A stretch of 64,000 nt of DNA from an uncultured Chthonomonadaceae bacterium (lineage in GTDB: Bacteria > Armatimonadota > Chthonomonadetes > Chthonomonadales > Chthonomonadaceae): assembly GCA_963835065.1 (NCBI GenBank), contig CAWIEK010000054.1:64001-128000 (forward strand). The letters are read 5' to 3'. The translations under genes were made by a program, and so were the position numbers. Numbering within the stretch: the first letter of the stretch is position 1; every line of letters starts with the position of its first letter. Positions 42,387 through 52,697 of the stretch are shown here, one piece after another. The notes under the pieces are model-generated. The model was given only the letters and a program-made list of their open reading frames with translations. It searched no databases and had not been told where the DNA came from.

Positions 42387-43650
42387 ACTTCTCCTCTTTC
42401 TTGCGCGGGAAGGCTCCAATCGCCGTGAGGGTCAGGTTGTCCTCATTCAGCACGTGGTCGGCGACTTCCGCGATGCTGTCGTGGGTGACGGCTTCGTATT
42501 CGGCCAGCACTTCGCTAATGGGAATCACGCGGTCATAGGAAAGGAGCGAATCGCCGTAGCGGTTCATGCGGGCGTTCATGCTTTCCAGCCCTAAGACAAC
42601 CGCGCCACGCACCTGCGTTTTGGCTTTAGTCAGTTCGTCGTCGGTCAGGCCGTTTTTGCGCACGTTGGCGAACTCTTTGCGCGTCAGGTCCAAAACCTGC
42701 TCGTAGGTGTCGGGGCTTGTGCCGCCGTACACGCAGAAGTAGCCGCCGTCGAGATAGGAGCGGCCATAGGAACCGATGGCATACGCCAGTCCGCGCTTTT
42801 CGCGGATTTCCTGAAACAAGCGCGAACTCATGTTGCCGCCCAAAACGTTGTTGAGAATGGACAGCGAGTAGCGTTTCTTATCGGCCTTGCTGTAGCCGTC
42901 CGTGCCCATCACAAAATGCACCTGCTCCACGTCACGCTTTTTCACCTGCTTGCTTTTGCCGGACGCTTTCGGGCTTTTGCCGCCGCGTTCGGGAGCCAGG
43001 CCGCTCAAATCGCCAAGCGCGTCCTGCGAAATGCGAACCAGTTCCTCGTGTTCCAGATTGCCCGCGCCGGAAACCACGATGCGGTCAGGGCGATACTGCG
43101 TGGCGATATAGTTGGTAATATCGTCACGGGACAGGCCGGACACGGTTTTGTCGCTGCCGATGATCGGCTGTCCGAGCGGATGCTTGCCGAACAGGGTCTG
43201 CTCGAAGATGTCATGCACCATTTCTTCGGGCGTGTCCTCGTACATCTTGATTTCTTCCAGCACGACCCGCTTTTCCCGCTCCATTTCTTCGGCATCGAAC
43301 AGCGAGTTGCGGAACATATCGGTCAGAATGTCAAGCGCAAGGGCGGTGTCTTCGGCCAGAACGCGGGTTTCGTAGCACGTCGTCTCCTTGCCCGTAAAGG
43401 CGTTGAGATGCCCGCCCCGCGATTCGATTTCATCGGCGATTTCCCGCGCCGTGCGCTTGCGGGTTCCCTTGAACAGCATGTGTTCGATGAAATGCGAGAT
43501 GCCCCGGCGCGGATCGTCTTCATCCCGCGACCCGATCCCGACCCACAGCCCGACGGACGCGGACTGCACATAAGTAACGGTTTCGGAAACCACGCGAACG
43601 CCATTGGGCAGCGTGGTAATTTGTATATTTTCAGTGGTTGGCTTGGTCAT
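42385..43650 (-). CDS. M16 (pitrilysin/MPP-beta-like) zinc peptidase
   Basis: GISHFIEHMLFKGT (HXXEH), LNAFT, SSRLFQEIREKRGLAY. Confidence 0.95.
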   Translation of the reverse strand: MTKPTTENIQITTLPNGVRVVSETVTYVQSASVGLWVGIGSRDEDDPRRGISHFIEHMLFKGTRKRTAREIADEIESRGGHLNAFTGKETTCYETRVLAEDTALALDILTDMFRNSLFDAEEMEREKRVVLEEIKMYEDTPEEMVHDIFEQTLFGKHPLGQPIIGSDKTVSGLSRDDITNYIATQYRPDRIVVSGAGNLEHEELVRISQDALGDLSGLAPERGGKSPKASGKSKQVKKRDVEQVHFVMGTDGYSKADKKRYSLSILNNVLGGNMSSRLFQEIREKRGLAYAIGSYGRSYLDGGYFCVYGGTSPDTYEQVLDLTRKEFANVRKNGLTDDELTKAKTQVRGAVVLGLESMNARMNRYGDSLLSYDRVIPISEVLAEYEAVTHDSIAEVADHVLNEDNLTLTAIGAFPRKKEEK

Positions 43651-43672
43651 AGTCAGTATAATACCACAGGAG

Positions 43673-43708
43673 CAGGGTTTTAGGGTTCTATGGTTTTAGG
43701 GTTTTAGG
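43673..43708. repeat. TTTTAGGG octamer array upstream of the M16 peptidase gene
   Basis: cagggttttagggttctatggttttagggttttaggg. Confidence 0.85.
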
Positions 43709-43756
43709 GAAGCAGAGTGTTGAGCATCGGTGTTCGAGGAAGGCAGGTACTCGGCT

Positions 43757-44818
43757 CTAAGTTGCTGGCAATGTAAAATTCGGTTTGCGCTTGTAGCGGT
43801 CAGTGAGTGGCAGTCCAATTACAGCAAGCAGGGTAAGCGCGCCGTACAGTCCCAACATTGCGCGTCCGTAGAACGCTGCATTGGAAAGGGTTGTTCGCGC
43901 CGTGTGGGGATAATCCGGCAGATACAGCAAACGGATGCGGCTTCCTGTTGGCGTTTGCTCGTAAACAACATCCGTCACTTTGTCTTTGATTTGATACGTT
44001 TTGCCGTTGACCTGATATTCGACTTTAAGGTAGTTCTGCTTGCCGCGTCGCCTGTCAATTACCGTTCCCGTTGCAGGCAGACCCTGCGCTTGCAGCATCT
44101 GCCCAATAATCGCGTCCGGGGCCGTCAGCAACAGCAGCATGAGCATCATTCCGCCTAATGCCAGCCGACGCAGAACGTGCTGTTGCCGACGCGGATAGCG
44201 GCTGTTGCGCTCCCGGTTTTCCGGCAGTGTGCCGTCTTCGGAGGGTATGTTTAAGGCGGAAGCAAGGGGCGCAATTTGCTGCATAGCGGCTTCCGGGGTT
44301 TTGGCAAGGCCGAGCAGAACATCATTGCGCCTGCGAACATCGCCGTTGCCAACTAGAAATACGCTGCGGCTGTCATCCGATTTCCAGGCAAGCAGCGCAT
44401 GGTACGACGGACGGTTGTTTTGCCGCTTGTACGCTTGTGTATACAGGCAGCGAATATCATCCCTCGGCCCGGTTTGCCACTTCGCCAGCAGGGGGAAGCC
44501 GCGCCGGAAACGATACGCGCCTGTCAGCAAATCAACAATCAGTTCTTCAGGCCCGGCTGTGTACCAAAGCAACAGCGGAACAAACAGCGTCAGCAACAGG
44601 TACAACATCAACGCCCCACGCCCAACGATTTCGACGGGAGCCATGTCCTGCCATGCTTGTCTGGTAAGCACATTCGACAACGACGCCATCACTAATGCAA
44701 GCGCGCCCACGAAAAGCAACGCCGTTACGCCGCTGCACACGCGGAAGGTCAGGGGCTTGCAGTACACAATTTCGCGCTCGTTACTGACAACAACTTTCAT
44801 GTCGCGCCTCATCAGCAC
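43757..44818 (-). CDS. membrane protein with C-terminal DUF3592-like domain
   Basis: four hydrophobic helices; G...TGTVI...VEYQVNG..Y...G..I.L.Y.P..P. Confidence 0.6.
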   Translation of the reverse strand: MLMRRDMKVVVSNEREIVYCKPLTFRVCSGVTALLFVGALALVMASLSNVLTRQAWQDMAPVEIVGRGALMLYLLLTLFVPLLLWYTAGPEELIVDLLTGAYRFRRGFPLLAKWQTGPRDDIRCLYTQAYKRQNNRPSYHALLAWKSDDSRSVFLVGNGDVRRRNDVLLGLAKTPEAAMQQIAPLASALNIPSEDGTLPENRERNSRYPRRQQHVLRRLALGGMMLMLLLLTAPDAIIGQMLQAQGLPATGTVIDRRRGKQNYLKVEYQVNGKTYQIKDKVTDVVYEQTPTGSRIRLLYLPDYPHTARTTLSNAAFYGRAMLGLYGALTLLAVIGLPLTDRYKRKPNFTLPAT

Positions 44819-44879
44819 CTACACCGTTTGAGTTTTGGCGGTGCGTGGCTTAAACCTAATATTATGGTCGCCGGAATAA

Positions 44880-44972
44880 GAATCTATCCCATTAGGCGTG
44901 GTATCCGCGTCCGCAGGACGCTTGTACTTTCCTGCCGGGTACTTTCAGTACCCGGCCAATTAGGACAGGTTC
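44880..44972. mobile_element. 93-bp MITE, second copy, TAA target duplication
   Basis: taa-GAATCTATCCCATT...AATTAGGACAGGTTC-taa; same internal hairpins as 16687-16779. Confidence 0.85.
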
Positions 44973-45172
44973 TAAGCAAGCGCCCTGCCCCGTGTCCCGC
45001 GCAGTGCCAACAGCAACCCTCCCGCAAAAACAATCTCTAAAAAAGACAGAAAAAAAGCCAAACAACGCGAAAAGAATGAACTCTTTGCCCTACACAGCCG
45101 TCTAATAAATAGAATAAAGTCTACTATACAGACAAAAAGGTTGAACGTTGGCAGTTTTTATCAACTCTCAAC

Positions 45173-45360
45173 CTAAAACCAATACCGTTCAAATAAGCGG
45201 TGGTAGGGACACAACTTGTTGTGTCCTCTTGCGGTCGTTGTGTCCTCTTGCGGTCGTTGTGTCCTCTTGCGGTAGATGAGAGCGCGGACACAACTTGTTG
45301 TGTCCCTACCATGTTCTTTTTGAGGGGAAAAGTGCCTTATTTGAACGGTATTGGGTCTAG
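45173..45360. mobile_element. nested non-autonomous element: 26-bp outer inverted repeat around a GTAG-type REP doublet and three 19-bp tandem repeats
   Basis: CCAATACCGTTCAAATAAG / CTTATTTGAACGGTATTGG; GTAGGGACACAACTTGTTGTGTCC...GGACACAACTTGTTGTGTCCCTAC; GTTGTGTCCTCTTGCGGT x3. Confidence 0.8.
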
Positions 45361-45843
45361 CTCCTGATGCCGCGCCGCCACGTCGGGCAAGTACCACCCC
45401 GGCGGAGGACGCGCACGGCGGACGCGCTTGCCAACGTCAAAGACGCCATGCCGCGCCAGGAGGCGGTTGATGGTCGGCACCGAGGGCACCGAACTCACCC
45501 CGGCGGGGTCGGTGGGAGCCACACCCAAGAGCCGTTCGCGGCGAATGGCTTGCGCGCCGTACTCGCCCAGGTCGCTGCTTTGCGCCAACGCGGTGCGCAG
45601 CATCAGCACTTGCTCTTCGACCGACAGAGCCGTTTTGTTGGCAATCGTGTGCGGGCTGTGCGAAGTATCGCGCCAATCTACTTGTTCTAAGGGCAAGTCG
45701 CCCGCCCGTGCCAGCCAACGCGGCACCGGCAGCAGGCTCACGCCGAAGGTACGCGCCACCCCGCGTTGAGACTGGGCGGCGCGTACGGCAGCCACCCTAT
45801 CTTGGCGGCGGTTGCGGGAGGTGCGTTTTTGTTCAGGGCACAA
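45337..45843 (-). pseudogene. N-terminal fragment of an IS481-like transposase
   Basis: HTH VARTFGVS...RW, YGAQAI, PSVPTINRLLARHG, PPPGWYLP; truncated at the element 45173-45360. Confidence 0.7.
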
Positions 45844-45922
45844 CCTTTCTGGGTTTCCCTACTATTGTGCCTGACTTGCATCCGCTGAGACACGACTGAC
45901 TTGTATCTGATGATACTTGTCT

Positions 45923-46011
45923 GATAAGAGATAAGAGAGTGGTTTATGTAACTTGTATGTAGAGTCTGAGTAAGCTTTTTCCTCTTATCTCTTATCTCTT
46001 ATTTCTTATCT
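45923..46011. repeat. GATAAGA / TCTTATC heptamer inverted pair just downstream of the cyclase-TIR gene
   Basis: gataagagataagag at 45923 and ctcttatctcttatctcttatttcttatct at 45982. Confidence 0.75.
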
Positions 46012-46018
46012 CCCGCCT

Positions 46019-48301
46019 TCAAATCAAATGCCGCTCCAAGTACGTGGCATATAGGCGGCAGCGCAGGTGCGCGTCCTGCGGGGTTGTGCCACCCAATAAA
46101 CCGGCGGCGCGCAAGCGGTAAAAACTGATGTGGCTGGTGCAGGGATTGCCGCGCAGCAGGTTGCGCACCACGTCCATGAGCATGTCGTCCTGCGACAGCG
46201 ACACGAGCAGGCGGCGCAGGTGGTCGCCGAACGGCCCGTCGTCCTGCGCCGATTGCGTTCGCAGGGTCTCTATATCCAGTTCCTTGCTCACCAACTGATC
46301 CAGGGCGCAGCGCAGCAGGTAGGGCTGGCCGCCCACCAGATCGTATAAGGCTTGGACTTCCTGCGCGTTGCGCAGGGGCTGGCCGTAGCGCCGGTTGAGT
46401 TCCTCGGCCTGTTCCAGCGTGAAATCCTGAAGTGTCAGGCGCGTGCCCACGTTGAACGGCGATTGGTTGAGGTCGGTAATGAACAAGTGCGCTTCCGTCG
46501 CATACGCGATTGCCAATGTCAGCTTGCCCCAGGGACCGGTCGGGTCCAGCGAACGCTCGTTGTGCCACGAGCGAAACAGGCCGAATACTTCGCTGCCGAA
46601 GTCGCACGTAAACAATCGGTCTACCTCGTCCATCGCCCACACGACGGGCTTGTCGCTTTTTGCCAGCACTTCCCGCCGCAGATAGCGCTCGAAATTGACG
46701 TTGGGGCCGCGCTTGGCGTTCCACACGTCTTCGGGCAGGGTGTCCAAATCCAGTTGGTCGGCGATCATTTCGGCCAGCGTCAGGAACAGGGTATCGGCGG
46801 AAACCAGATGCGCGGTATTGAGTTTTTGAAAGTCGGTGCGGATGCACAGCGCGCCCATTTCGCGCGCCTGCTGCAAGCCGCGCGCCAGCAGGCTGGTCTT
46901 GCCCATCTGCCGCGCGCCCTTGACCAGCACAATGCTGTCGTGGCGACGCACGGCGGTGGTAAATTCCTCGTCCGTGCGGCGCACCAGGTAAAAGGCCGAG
47001 TCGAGAGGAACCGCGCCGCCAACGGCTTCCAGTTGGCTGACGGGCGCGGGCGGCGCGGGCGGTTCGGGAGCGCGCAGGGCATTCCGCATGGCGTCGGTAA
47101 GCGCGGCATCGTCTGCCGGGCTTTTCCACGAGGCATGGTGCAGGGATTCCACAAACGACGCAATCGCGTCAGGCAGGGGCGTGGAAATTTTGATATACAC
47201 GGGCAGCAGGCGCGGACGCGCGGGCAGGCCGTTGACAGCCTGTTTTTGCGCCTCGTTTTGCGCGGTTTGCAGTTCGAACTCGACCATTTCGCTTTGCGCC
47301 GAGGCTTCGGAAATCAGCGCGATCACCACGTCCGACGAGCGGATGCGCTGTTCGATTTCTTCGGCCCACTGAACGCCGATTTTCAATTGCCGATCTATGA
47401 ACAGGTCATGCTCCGGCTTCAGGGCCGTTTCCAGCAGCGCGCGGACGTACTCGTCATCAGGCGCGTTGCGCTTGTAAATCAGCGTTATCTTCAGCGCTTG
47501 CGCCGCCACATTTCCGGGCGCGGGCGTTGCGGCAGGAGGCGTTGCTGACGCCGCAGAATGGGCTGCGGATGTGAGTGTGGACGCGGTAGGAATTGTGGGA
47601 ACGGCAGGAACAACCGGCGCGGGCGTTTCGGTTTTGGAAGTCGGCACGAGCGCGGGGGATGTGTTGGCCGGGGCGGTACTAGCGGCGGGAACGTTGGCTT
47701 GCGGTTTCGCAGGTTGGGCGCTGACGCGGGCAACGCGGGGCGGCGCGGGGTTGCCGACCTGTTCCATGCACAGATTGAACAGGCGCATCGTCCGGTCATG
47801 CTTGATTTCATACTCGCCCAGGTCGTACAGCGACCCCGCCCAACTGCTGAACTGCCGCATCACGTCGGCGCAGGTTTGCGACAGCAGGATATGCCCGGCT
47901 TCCCCGCAATTCATCACGCGCTGCGCCATGTTGATGCCGTCGCCGTACACGTTTTCGTTGCCGTTGATGTCTTTGGTGCGCGACACCAACCCGCTGTTGA
48001 TGCCCATGCGCAGCCGCACTTCCGGGTGGTCATTGAGCGCGCGGGCCAGTTCCGCCGCGCATTGCACCGGGGCAGTCGGGTCACGGAAAAACACCAGCGC
48101 CAGGCCATCTCCCGTGTCGAGGGAAATCAGGTTGCCCCGCGCCTGCGCCCGCTGAAACTCCATCGTATTGCGCACCACGTTTTGCAGCGTGGCGACCGCC
48201 TGCGTTTGATCGTCAATGGTAGGCAGCAGGGAATAGCCCACAATATCCATAAACAGGATGTGAGCATACTCCGTTGTCAGCCGGTCAAGTTCGTGATTCA
48301 T
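46019..48301 (-). CDS. class III nucleotide cyclase - Pro/Ala linker - TIR - AAA_35 ATPase fusion
   Basis: [46 protein letters not shown]...[45 protein letters not shown]. Confidence 0.9.
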   Translation of the reverse strand: MNHELDRLTTEYAHILFMDIVGYSLLPTIDDQTQAVATLQNVVRNTMEFQRAQARGNLISLDTGDGLALVFFRDPTAPVQCAAELARALNDHPEVRLRMGINSGLVSRTKDINGNENVYGDGINMAQRVMNCGEAGHILLSQTCADVMRQFSSWAGSLYDLGEYEIKHDRTMRLFNLCMEQVGNPAPPRVARVSAQPAKPQANVPAASTAPANTSPALVPTSKTETPAPVVPAVPTIPTASTLTSAAHSAASATPPAATPAPGNVAAQALKITLIYKRNAPDDEYVRALLETALKPEHDLFIDRQLKIGVQWAEEIEQRIRSSDVVIALISEASAQSEMVEFELQTAQNEAQKQAVNGLPARPRLLPVYIKISTPLPDAIASFVESLHHASWKSPADDAALTDAMRNALRAPEPPAPPAPVSQLEAVGGAVPLDSAFYLVRRTDEEFTTAVRRHDSIVLVKGARQMGKTSLLARGLQQAREMGALCIRTDFQKLNTAHLVSADTLFLTLAEMIADQLDLDTLPEDVWNAKRGPNVNFERYLRREVLAKSDKPVVWAMDEVDRLFTCDFGSEVFGLFRSWHNERSLDPTGPWGKLTLAIAYATEAHLFITDLNQSPFNVGTRLTLQDFTLEQAEELNRRYGQPLRNAQEVQALYDLVGGQPYLLRCALDQLVSKELDIETLRTQSAQDDGPFGDHLRRLLVSLSQDDMLMDVVRNLLRGNPCTSHISFYRLRAAGLLGGTTPQDAHLRCRLYATYLERHLI

Positions 48302-48338
48302 AAAACATAACCTTTTTTACAGGAGGTCTGCTGTAGCG

Positions 48339-49667
48339 TTAATGTTCCCGATAAATGTTGAGATGATGCTCTTTGAGAAATGGCGCGCGCTCCTGCACCC
48401 GGTTGGGAACGAGGGATAAACCCGACCCCGCCCCGTAGTTCAGCAGCAGCATCTGCGCTTCTACAGGTTTGATAGCATGGTACTGCTGGCTGAAAACGCC
48501 GATGCCTTTCAGGGAATTTATCGCCAGTACCAAACCGGCGGCGACAAGAACCTGCTTGCTCCCTTTACCCCATTGCGCCGTTTTCAGCGTCGCTTCCCCC
48601 TGCCGTATCGCCAGATACCCTAATGTCAGCGTGGCGATCCAGAACAATTCGGAAATCGTCAGGTAGCGCGACGACATCGCCTGTTTGGCCCCAAATCCCG
48701 CGCGGCCAACCGTGCTGACAAGCGCGCTGAGAAGCGCATACAGCGCATACGCCAGATAAGGAGCCACCACAGCAAGCGGAATCTGCCCCGACGCGCGCAG
48801 CCGACGTAACGCGAGGCTGAAAAGCGCCAGTCCGATTATGCCCATCGGAACGCCGATAAGCGGTGTGTCCTTGAGGCTGATAAACGCGCCGATGTAGCTC
48901 AGGAAGTACGCGACGGCAGCGCCCGGATGCTGAAGCACGGCCAGCAGTGGCGGACTGTCGGACGGCTTGGCATAGTGGTAAAAGTAGGAAGCCATCGTCA
49001 GGACGGCGCAAACGCTCCAGGCGGCGAAACGGAGTTGAAACGCTTTATCGCGGGGGGAAATCAGAAGTAAAAAACCGCCGACAAGCCAGAACAGCAGGCC
49101 GTTGGCAAACGAATAGGTGGCGACAATGGCGCAAAGAATCGCGGCCATCAGGCGCGGCCAGGTTCGCGTGGGATGCGTCAGCAGGGCAATACCGGCCACA
49201 ACCGCCAGAATATTCAAAAAGATTTGAAGCTGCCAGCCCCACATCCAGTTCTGACTCTGGCGCAGGGAAAACACGATAATGCCGATGACAGGGAACAGCC
49301 AGATAAGCGTATTGTCTTGAAGGGCTTGCCTTGTCTGTCGAATCTGATAGCCGATCACGCCCAAAATGGCAACAGCAAACAGCAGGCTCGTGGTCAGTTC
49401 CCAGCGCAAATCCCAATCGCTCATGTGGGCTAAGGCCAGCATAATCAGGCGCGGAAACACAAGGCGATGCTCGTTATGCTGCGCCCACAGGTCGCCGAAT
49501 GTCAGTTGCCCTTGATACGACTTTAGCAGCGCGGGCACGAAGTCCCATTGGTCTATCATCGGGACGGCAATCACATAATGCAGCGTCAGAAACGCCAGCA
49601 GCGCGAAGCAGGCGCAGGGGATGCCGAAAATCAGAACCCGGTCACGAAGTGAGATACGCCGCTCCAT
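48339..49667 (-). CDS. polytopic membrane protein, putative GT-C-fold glycosyltransferase
   Basis: P..DQW after TM1, QHNEHR, N..WGWQ, GR...G...A.SSRY; about 11 TM helices. Confidence 0.65.
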   Translation of the reverse strand: MERRISLRDRVLIFGIPCACFALLAFLTLHYVIAVPMIDQWDFVPALLKSYQGQLTFGDLWAQHNEHRLVFPRLIMLALAHMSDWDLRWELTTSLLFAVAILGVIGYQIRQTRQALQDNTLIWLFPVIGIIVFSLRQSQNWMWGWQLQIFLNILAVVAGIALLTHPTRTWPRLMAAILCAIVATYSFANGLLFWLVGGFLLLISPRDKAFQLRFAAWSVCAVLTMASYFYHYAKPSDSPPLLAVLQHPGAAVAYFLSYIGAFISLKDTPLIGVPMGIIGLALFSLALRRLRASGQIPLAVVAPYLAYALYALLSALVSTVGRAGFGAKQAMSSRYLTISELFWIATLTLGYLAIRQGEATLKTAQWGKGSKQVLVAAGLVLAINSLKGIGVFSQQYHAIKPVEAQMLLLNYGAGSGLSLVPNRVQERAPFLKEHHLNIYREH

Positions 49668-49714
49668 TTATTATGATAATCCTTGCTGATTGCCGGGTGT
49701 GTTTTACTAGATTG

Positions 49715-50500
49715 TTATTTTTGTCCGCAGGTAATCACGAACGTGCCGAACCAGCGTCCCAAGCCGATACGCTCCCAAATCCAATCTCCCACATTATAGG
49801 CTGTCAGGAACGTGTTGATTAGTTTGGGCGCGACGGCGCGGTAGGGAAGATCGGATTGGCCGCGCTGCCGAATATGCTGCAAGCCGGCGGATTCAAAGGC
49901 GCGATGGAGGCTGCGCGGCAGGAGGGGCCGCTCGTTGGGGCTGACGCCCTGCGGCAGATACAGCGGGCTTTTGGGGTGCCGGAACAGCGCCATTGCGGGA
50001 TGCAGCACATTGGGATCGAAGGCGAACGCGAAGCCACCGGGTTTCAGAACGCGCTGCGCTTCCCGCACGGCCAGCCCGTAATCAGGAATATGGTGCAGGA
50101 CGCTGCTGAAAGCCACCACATCGAAACGGTTGTCTTCAAACGGCAGTTCACAGGCGTTGGCGCGCAGCCACGTATTGTCCGGGTACTTGCGGCGCGCGAC
50201 CACAAGGGCTTCTTCGGAAAGGTCAATGCCCGTATAGGCACGAGCATGAGCGATATAAAGCTGGCGCGACTGCCCAGTTCCGCAGCCCACGTCCAGAATG
50301 TCAAGAGGCGTTTGCGTGGGAACCCAGGCAGCGAAGCGATTGGCAAGCGTCTGCCAGCCGCGCTCCTGAAAGGGATTGAATTCCCCTTCGCCGCTTACCA
50401 GGCTGTCAAAATACGCGCTTTCCGAATCGGCGATTGCAACAACCGCCTTCGTATCCATCGGAGTGGAAGGGGGTGACTTGTAGGAAGCTTGTTTTGTCAT
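49715..50500 (-). CDS. class I SAM-dependent methyltransferase (type 11)
   Basis: LDVGCGTG, GIDLS, LPFED..FD, VLHH, RVLKPGG. Confidence 0.92.
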   Translation of the reverse strand: MTKQASYKSPPSTPMDTKAVVAIADSESAYFDSLVSGEGEFNPFQERGWQTLANRFAAWVPTQTPLDILDVGCGTGQSRQLYIAHARAYTGIDLSEEALVVARRKYPDNTWLRANACELPFEDNRFDVVAFSSVLHHIPDYGLAVREAQRVLKPGGFAFAFDPNVLHPAMALFRHPKSPLYLPQGVSPNERPLLPRSLHRAFESAGLQHIRQRGQSDLPYRAVAPKLINTFLTAYNVGDWIWERIGLGRWFGTFVITCGQK

Positions 50501-50552
50501 ATCCGTATAAATAATCCTCAACACTATGTTTCTGACCGGGCCATTGCGCGAC

Positions 50553-52667
50553 TCACTTGTCGGAGGGGCTGCCTGGTGACTGCCACTGCTCCGGCAACAA
50601 CAACTCTCTCATCTCAGCAGACGACAACGGCTGCCCAATCTGTGAAGGGCCGGAAAGAATGTTGATTTCTACCCGATTCTCCGCCCATAAACCGTTTCTC
50701 GAGTATTGCAGCACAAGGAAGCTGTGGACGCGCCTTTTTGCCGCTCCGCCATAAAGGGTAAGCGCATCGTGGGTATCTTTAAGGACAGGGTCTATCAGGA
50801 AGAAGCATTTCGCCATCTCCGTCGGCAGTAAGAAGCGATCTGTAGTCCCATCCGTCATTTCCGTTATCAGGTAAGTGGGATTGGGACGCAGAACCGCGCT
50901 GCGTATCTTGCCTGCAAGGGTCGGTTTTATTTGCAGCGAGACCAGATGCCATTGCGCGCCGTCGTCCAAAGGAATGTGTTCCCAAAACTGTGCCACGCGC
51001 TGCGTCTGTGTTAATGCTTTTGCCGGGAGAGACGGAGCGATAGCCCGGCGCGTGGGCTGCTGCGTATTTCGGGTGAGCAGCAGGAATCCTTTTTCCACCG
51101 CGACAGGATGGTACTGCTGCCAGAGTACGGAAAGCGCATCCGAATCATCCAGCATGGGTGGGCGTCCGTCAATGGTTTCAAGCCGCAACAGGACATAGCG
51201 CGGCGCGTTCGCGCCCCGATAGAAATCGCCGTTCAATTTTAGCAGATAGGGAGAGAAAGCGCAGTAGCTCTGGTAAACGGGACGAGAAGCAAAGTTCCAG
51301 CCGTTCAGGAAGGCAATAAATTGGCTATATCCGGGCACGTCAATTGTGGAATTGCCGACGATGGCGTTGATGCGAGGCAGGTTCCATATCCGCGCTTCCT
51401 CAGCATAGCGCGCTTCCATATCCTGTTTATACGCATTAGGCATAAACACAAACTTCGCGCTCTCGATAGTGTGCCGCCAAAAGTAGAGGTTGATGTCAGT
51501 GGGCCACTTCAGGGTGATGTTCACGCCAAACCAGCAGGCAATCAGGCTGGCCGCCACAAGCGTCCGGCATTTGCGGGAAAGCGGACGGTAGGCGCCAAAC
51601 GCGACCGGGGCAAGGAAGAAGGCGGCTATGATGCTGCCGAAAAAAGCCGCCGGATGGGTGTCGTTGCGCACAAAGCCATGCTTGTATATCTGCAAAAAAA
51701 AGAGGGCAAACAACGCTGCCAGGGGAACGTTGCGCCGGGCGCTGTCTTTGTTTATCTGCCACACAAGATAGGCCAGGGCCGCCAGAACCAGCACGCCCAG
51801 GAAAGTCATGGACTCGCCGAACGAGACGCCCATCGCCTGCATGTAGGCGGCGCTCATCAAAGTCGTATTCTTGAAGTAGGCAGGCAGGTCGGAAAGGCGC
51901 TGGCCCAGCAGAAGCCAGAGGGATAAACAGCCGAGGAGATAGGCCGCTAACAGCGCCAGCGAGGAGCGGCTGCGCCTGGCGCCACCCGCTATAACCGCAA
52001 AAGCGATGATCTGCCCCGACATGATTAAAAACGAAAACTTCAGAAACGACAGCGCGACCAGCAGAGCAACATCAATACCCACAGCAAGCGGCTTACGCGG
52101 CTTGGTGTCCAGCAAAAATGTGGCAATAATCAATAACAGCAGATAATAGACTGCATCATCGAGAAACGACAGAAACATTGCGGAAGCCACAACGATGCCA
52201 ATGCGCGTTGTAATAGCGGGATAGCGCAGGCAAATCTGGACTATTTTAGCCGTTATAAAGCCACTGAGGATAATCTCCCATGCCCACTGGAACCGGAACA
52301 GAGAGCCGTCATAAACATTTCTGTAGAAAAAGGCGAGCAAGCCGGTGGGGAATATATAATCAACGCCCGCGCGCCAGGAATGTTTGAGAAAATAGCCGTT
52401 GCTGTAGTGCCAGGAAACGTCCAGATAGCGTTTCGCAAATACGGGCACAAACGGGGACTGGATCAGTTGAAGCCACAAAAACACAATCATCGCTACAAAC
52501 AATAACTGCATCGGCTCACTGGCAAGATGTTTCCAGCCGAGAGCGTGAGCCGAGCCGGATTGATTTTCGCCGGCTCCTGCCTGTTCGCCAGTCCGCAGCG
52601 CGTTTGGCGCTTCCGCTTCCGCTTCCACTTTCGGCATTACCTTATGGTGAGGAACCAACTCGCTCAT
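50553..52667 (-). CDS. polytopic membrane protein with extracytoplasmic C-domain; paralog of 57802-59833
   Basis: LDVSW, GVDYIFPT, KHGFVR.D.H, RPVYQSY.AF, IDGR. Confidence 0.75.
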   Translation of the reverse strand: MSELVPHHKVMPKVEAEAEAPNALRTGEQAGAGENQSGSAHALGWKHLASEPMQLLFVAMIVFLWLQLIQSPFVPVFAKRYLDVSWHYSNGYFLKHSWRAGVDYIFPTGLLAFFYRNVYDGSLFRFQWAWEIILSGFITAKIVQICLRYPAITTRIGIVVASAMFLSFLDDAVYYLLLLIIATFLLDTKPRKPLAVGIDVALLVALSFLKFSFLIMSGQIIAFAVIAGGARRSRSSLALLAAYLLGCLSLWLLLGQRLSDLPAYFKNTTLMSAAYMQAMGVSFGESMTFLGVLVLAALAYLVWQINKDSARRNVPLAALFALFFLQIYKHGFVRNDTHPAAFFGSIIAAFFLAPVAFGAYRPLSRKCRTLVAASLIACWFGVNITLKWPTDINLYFWRHTIESAKFVFMPNAYKQDMEARYAEEARIWNLPRINAIVGNSTIDVPGYSQFIAFLNGWNFASRPVYQSYCAFSPYLLKLNGDFYRGANAPRYVLLRLETIDGRPPMLDDSDALSVLWQQYHPVAVEKGFLLLTRNTQQPTRRAIAPSLPAKALTQTQRVAQFWEHIPLDDGAQWHLVSLQIKPTLAGKIRSAVLRPNPTYLITEMTDGTTDRFLLPTEMAKCFFLIDPVLKDTHDALTLYGGAAKRRVHSFLVLQYSRNGLWAENRVEINILSGPSQIGQPLSSAEMRELLLPEQWQSPGSPSDK

Positions 52668-52697
52668 GACGTCTTCCAATACCCCGCGCGTTACGAA

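Noticed and set aside
45217..45273. 19-bp repeats and other short arrays as a CRISPR array
   Set aside because: Repeats are directly tandem with no unique spacers, and no cas genes are present
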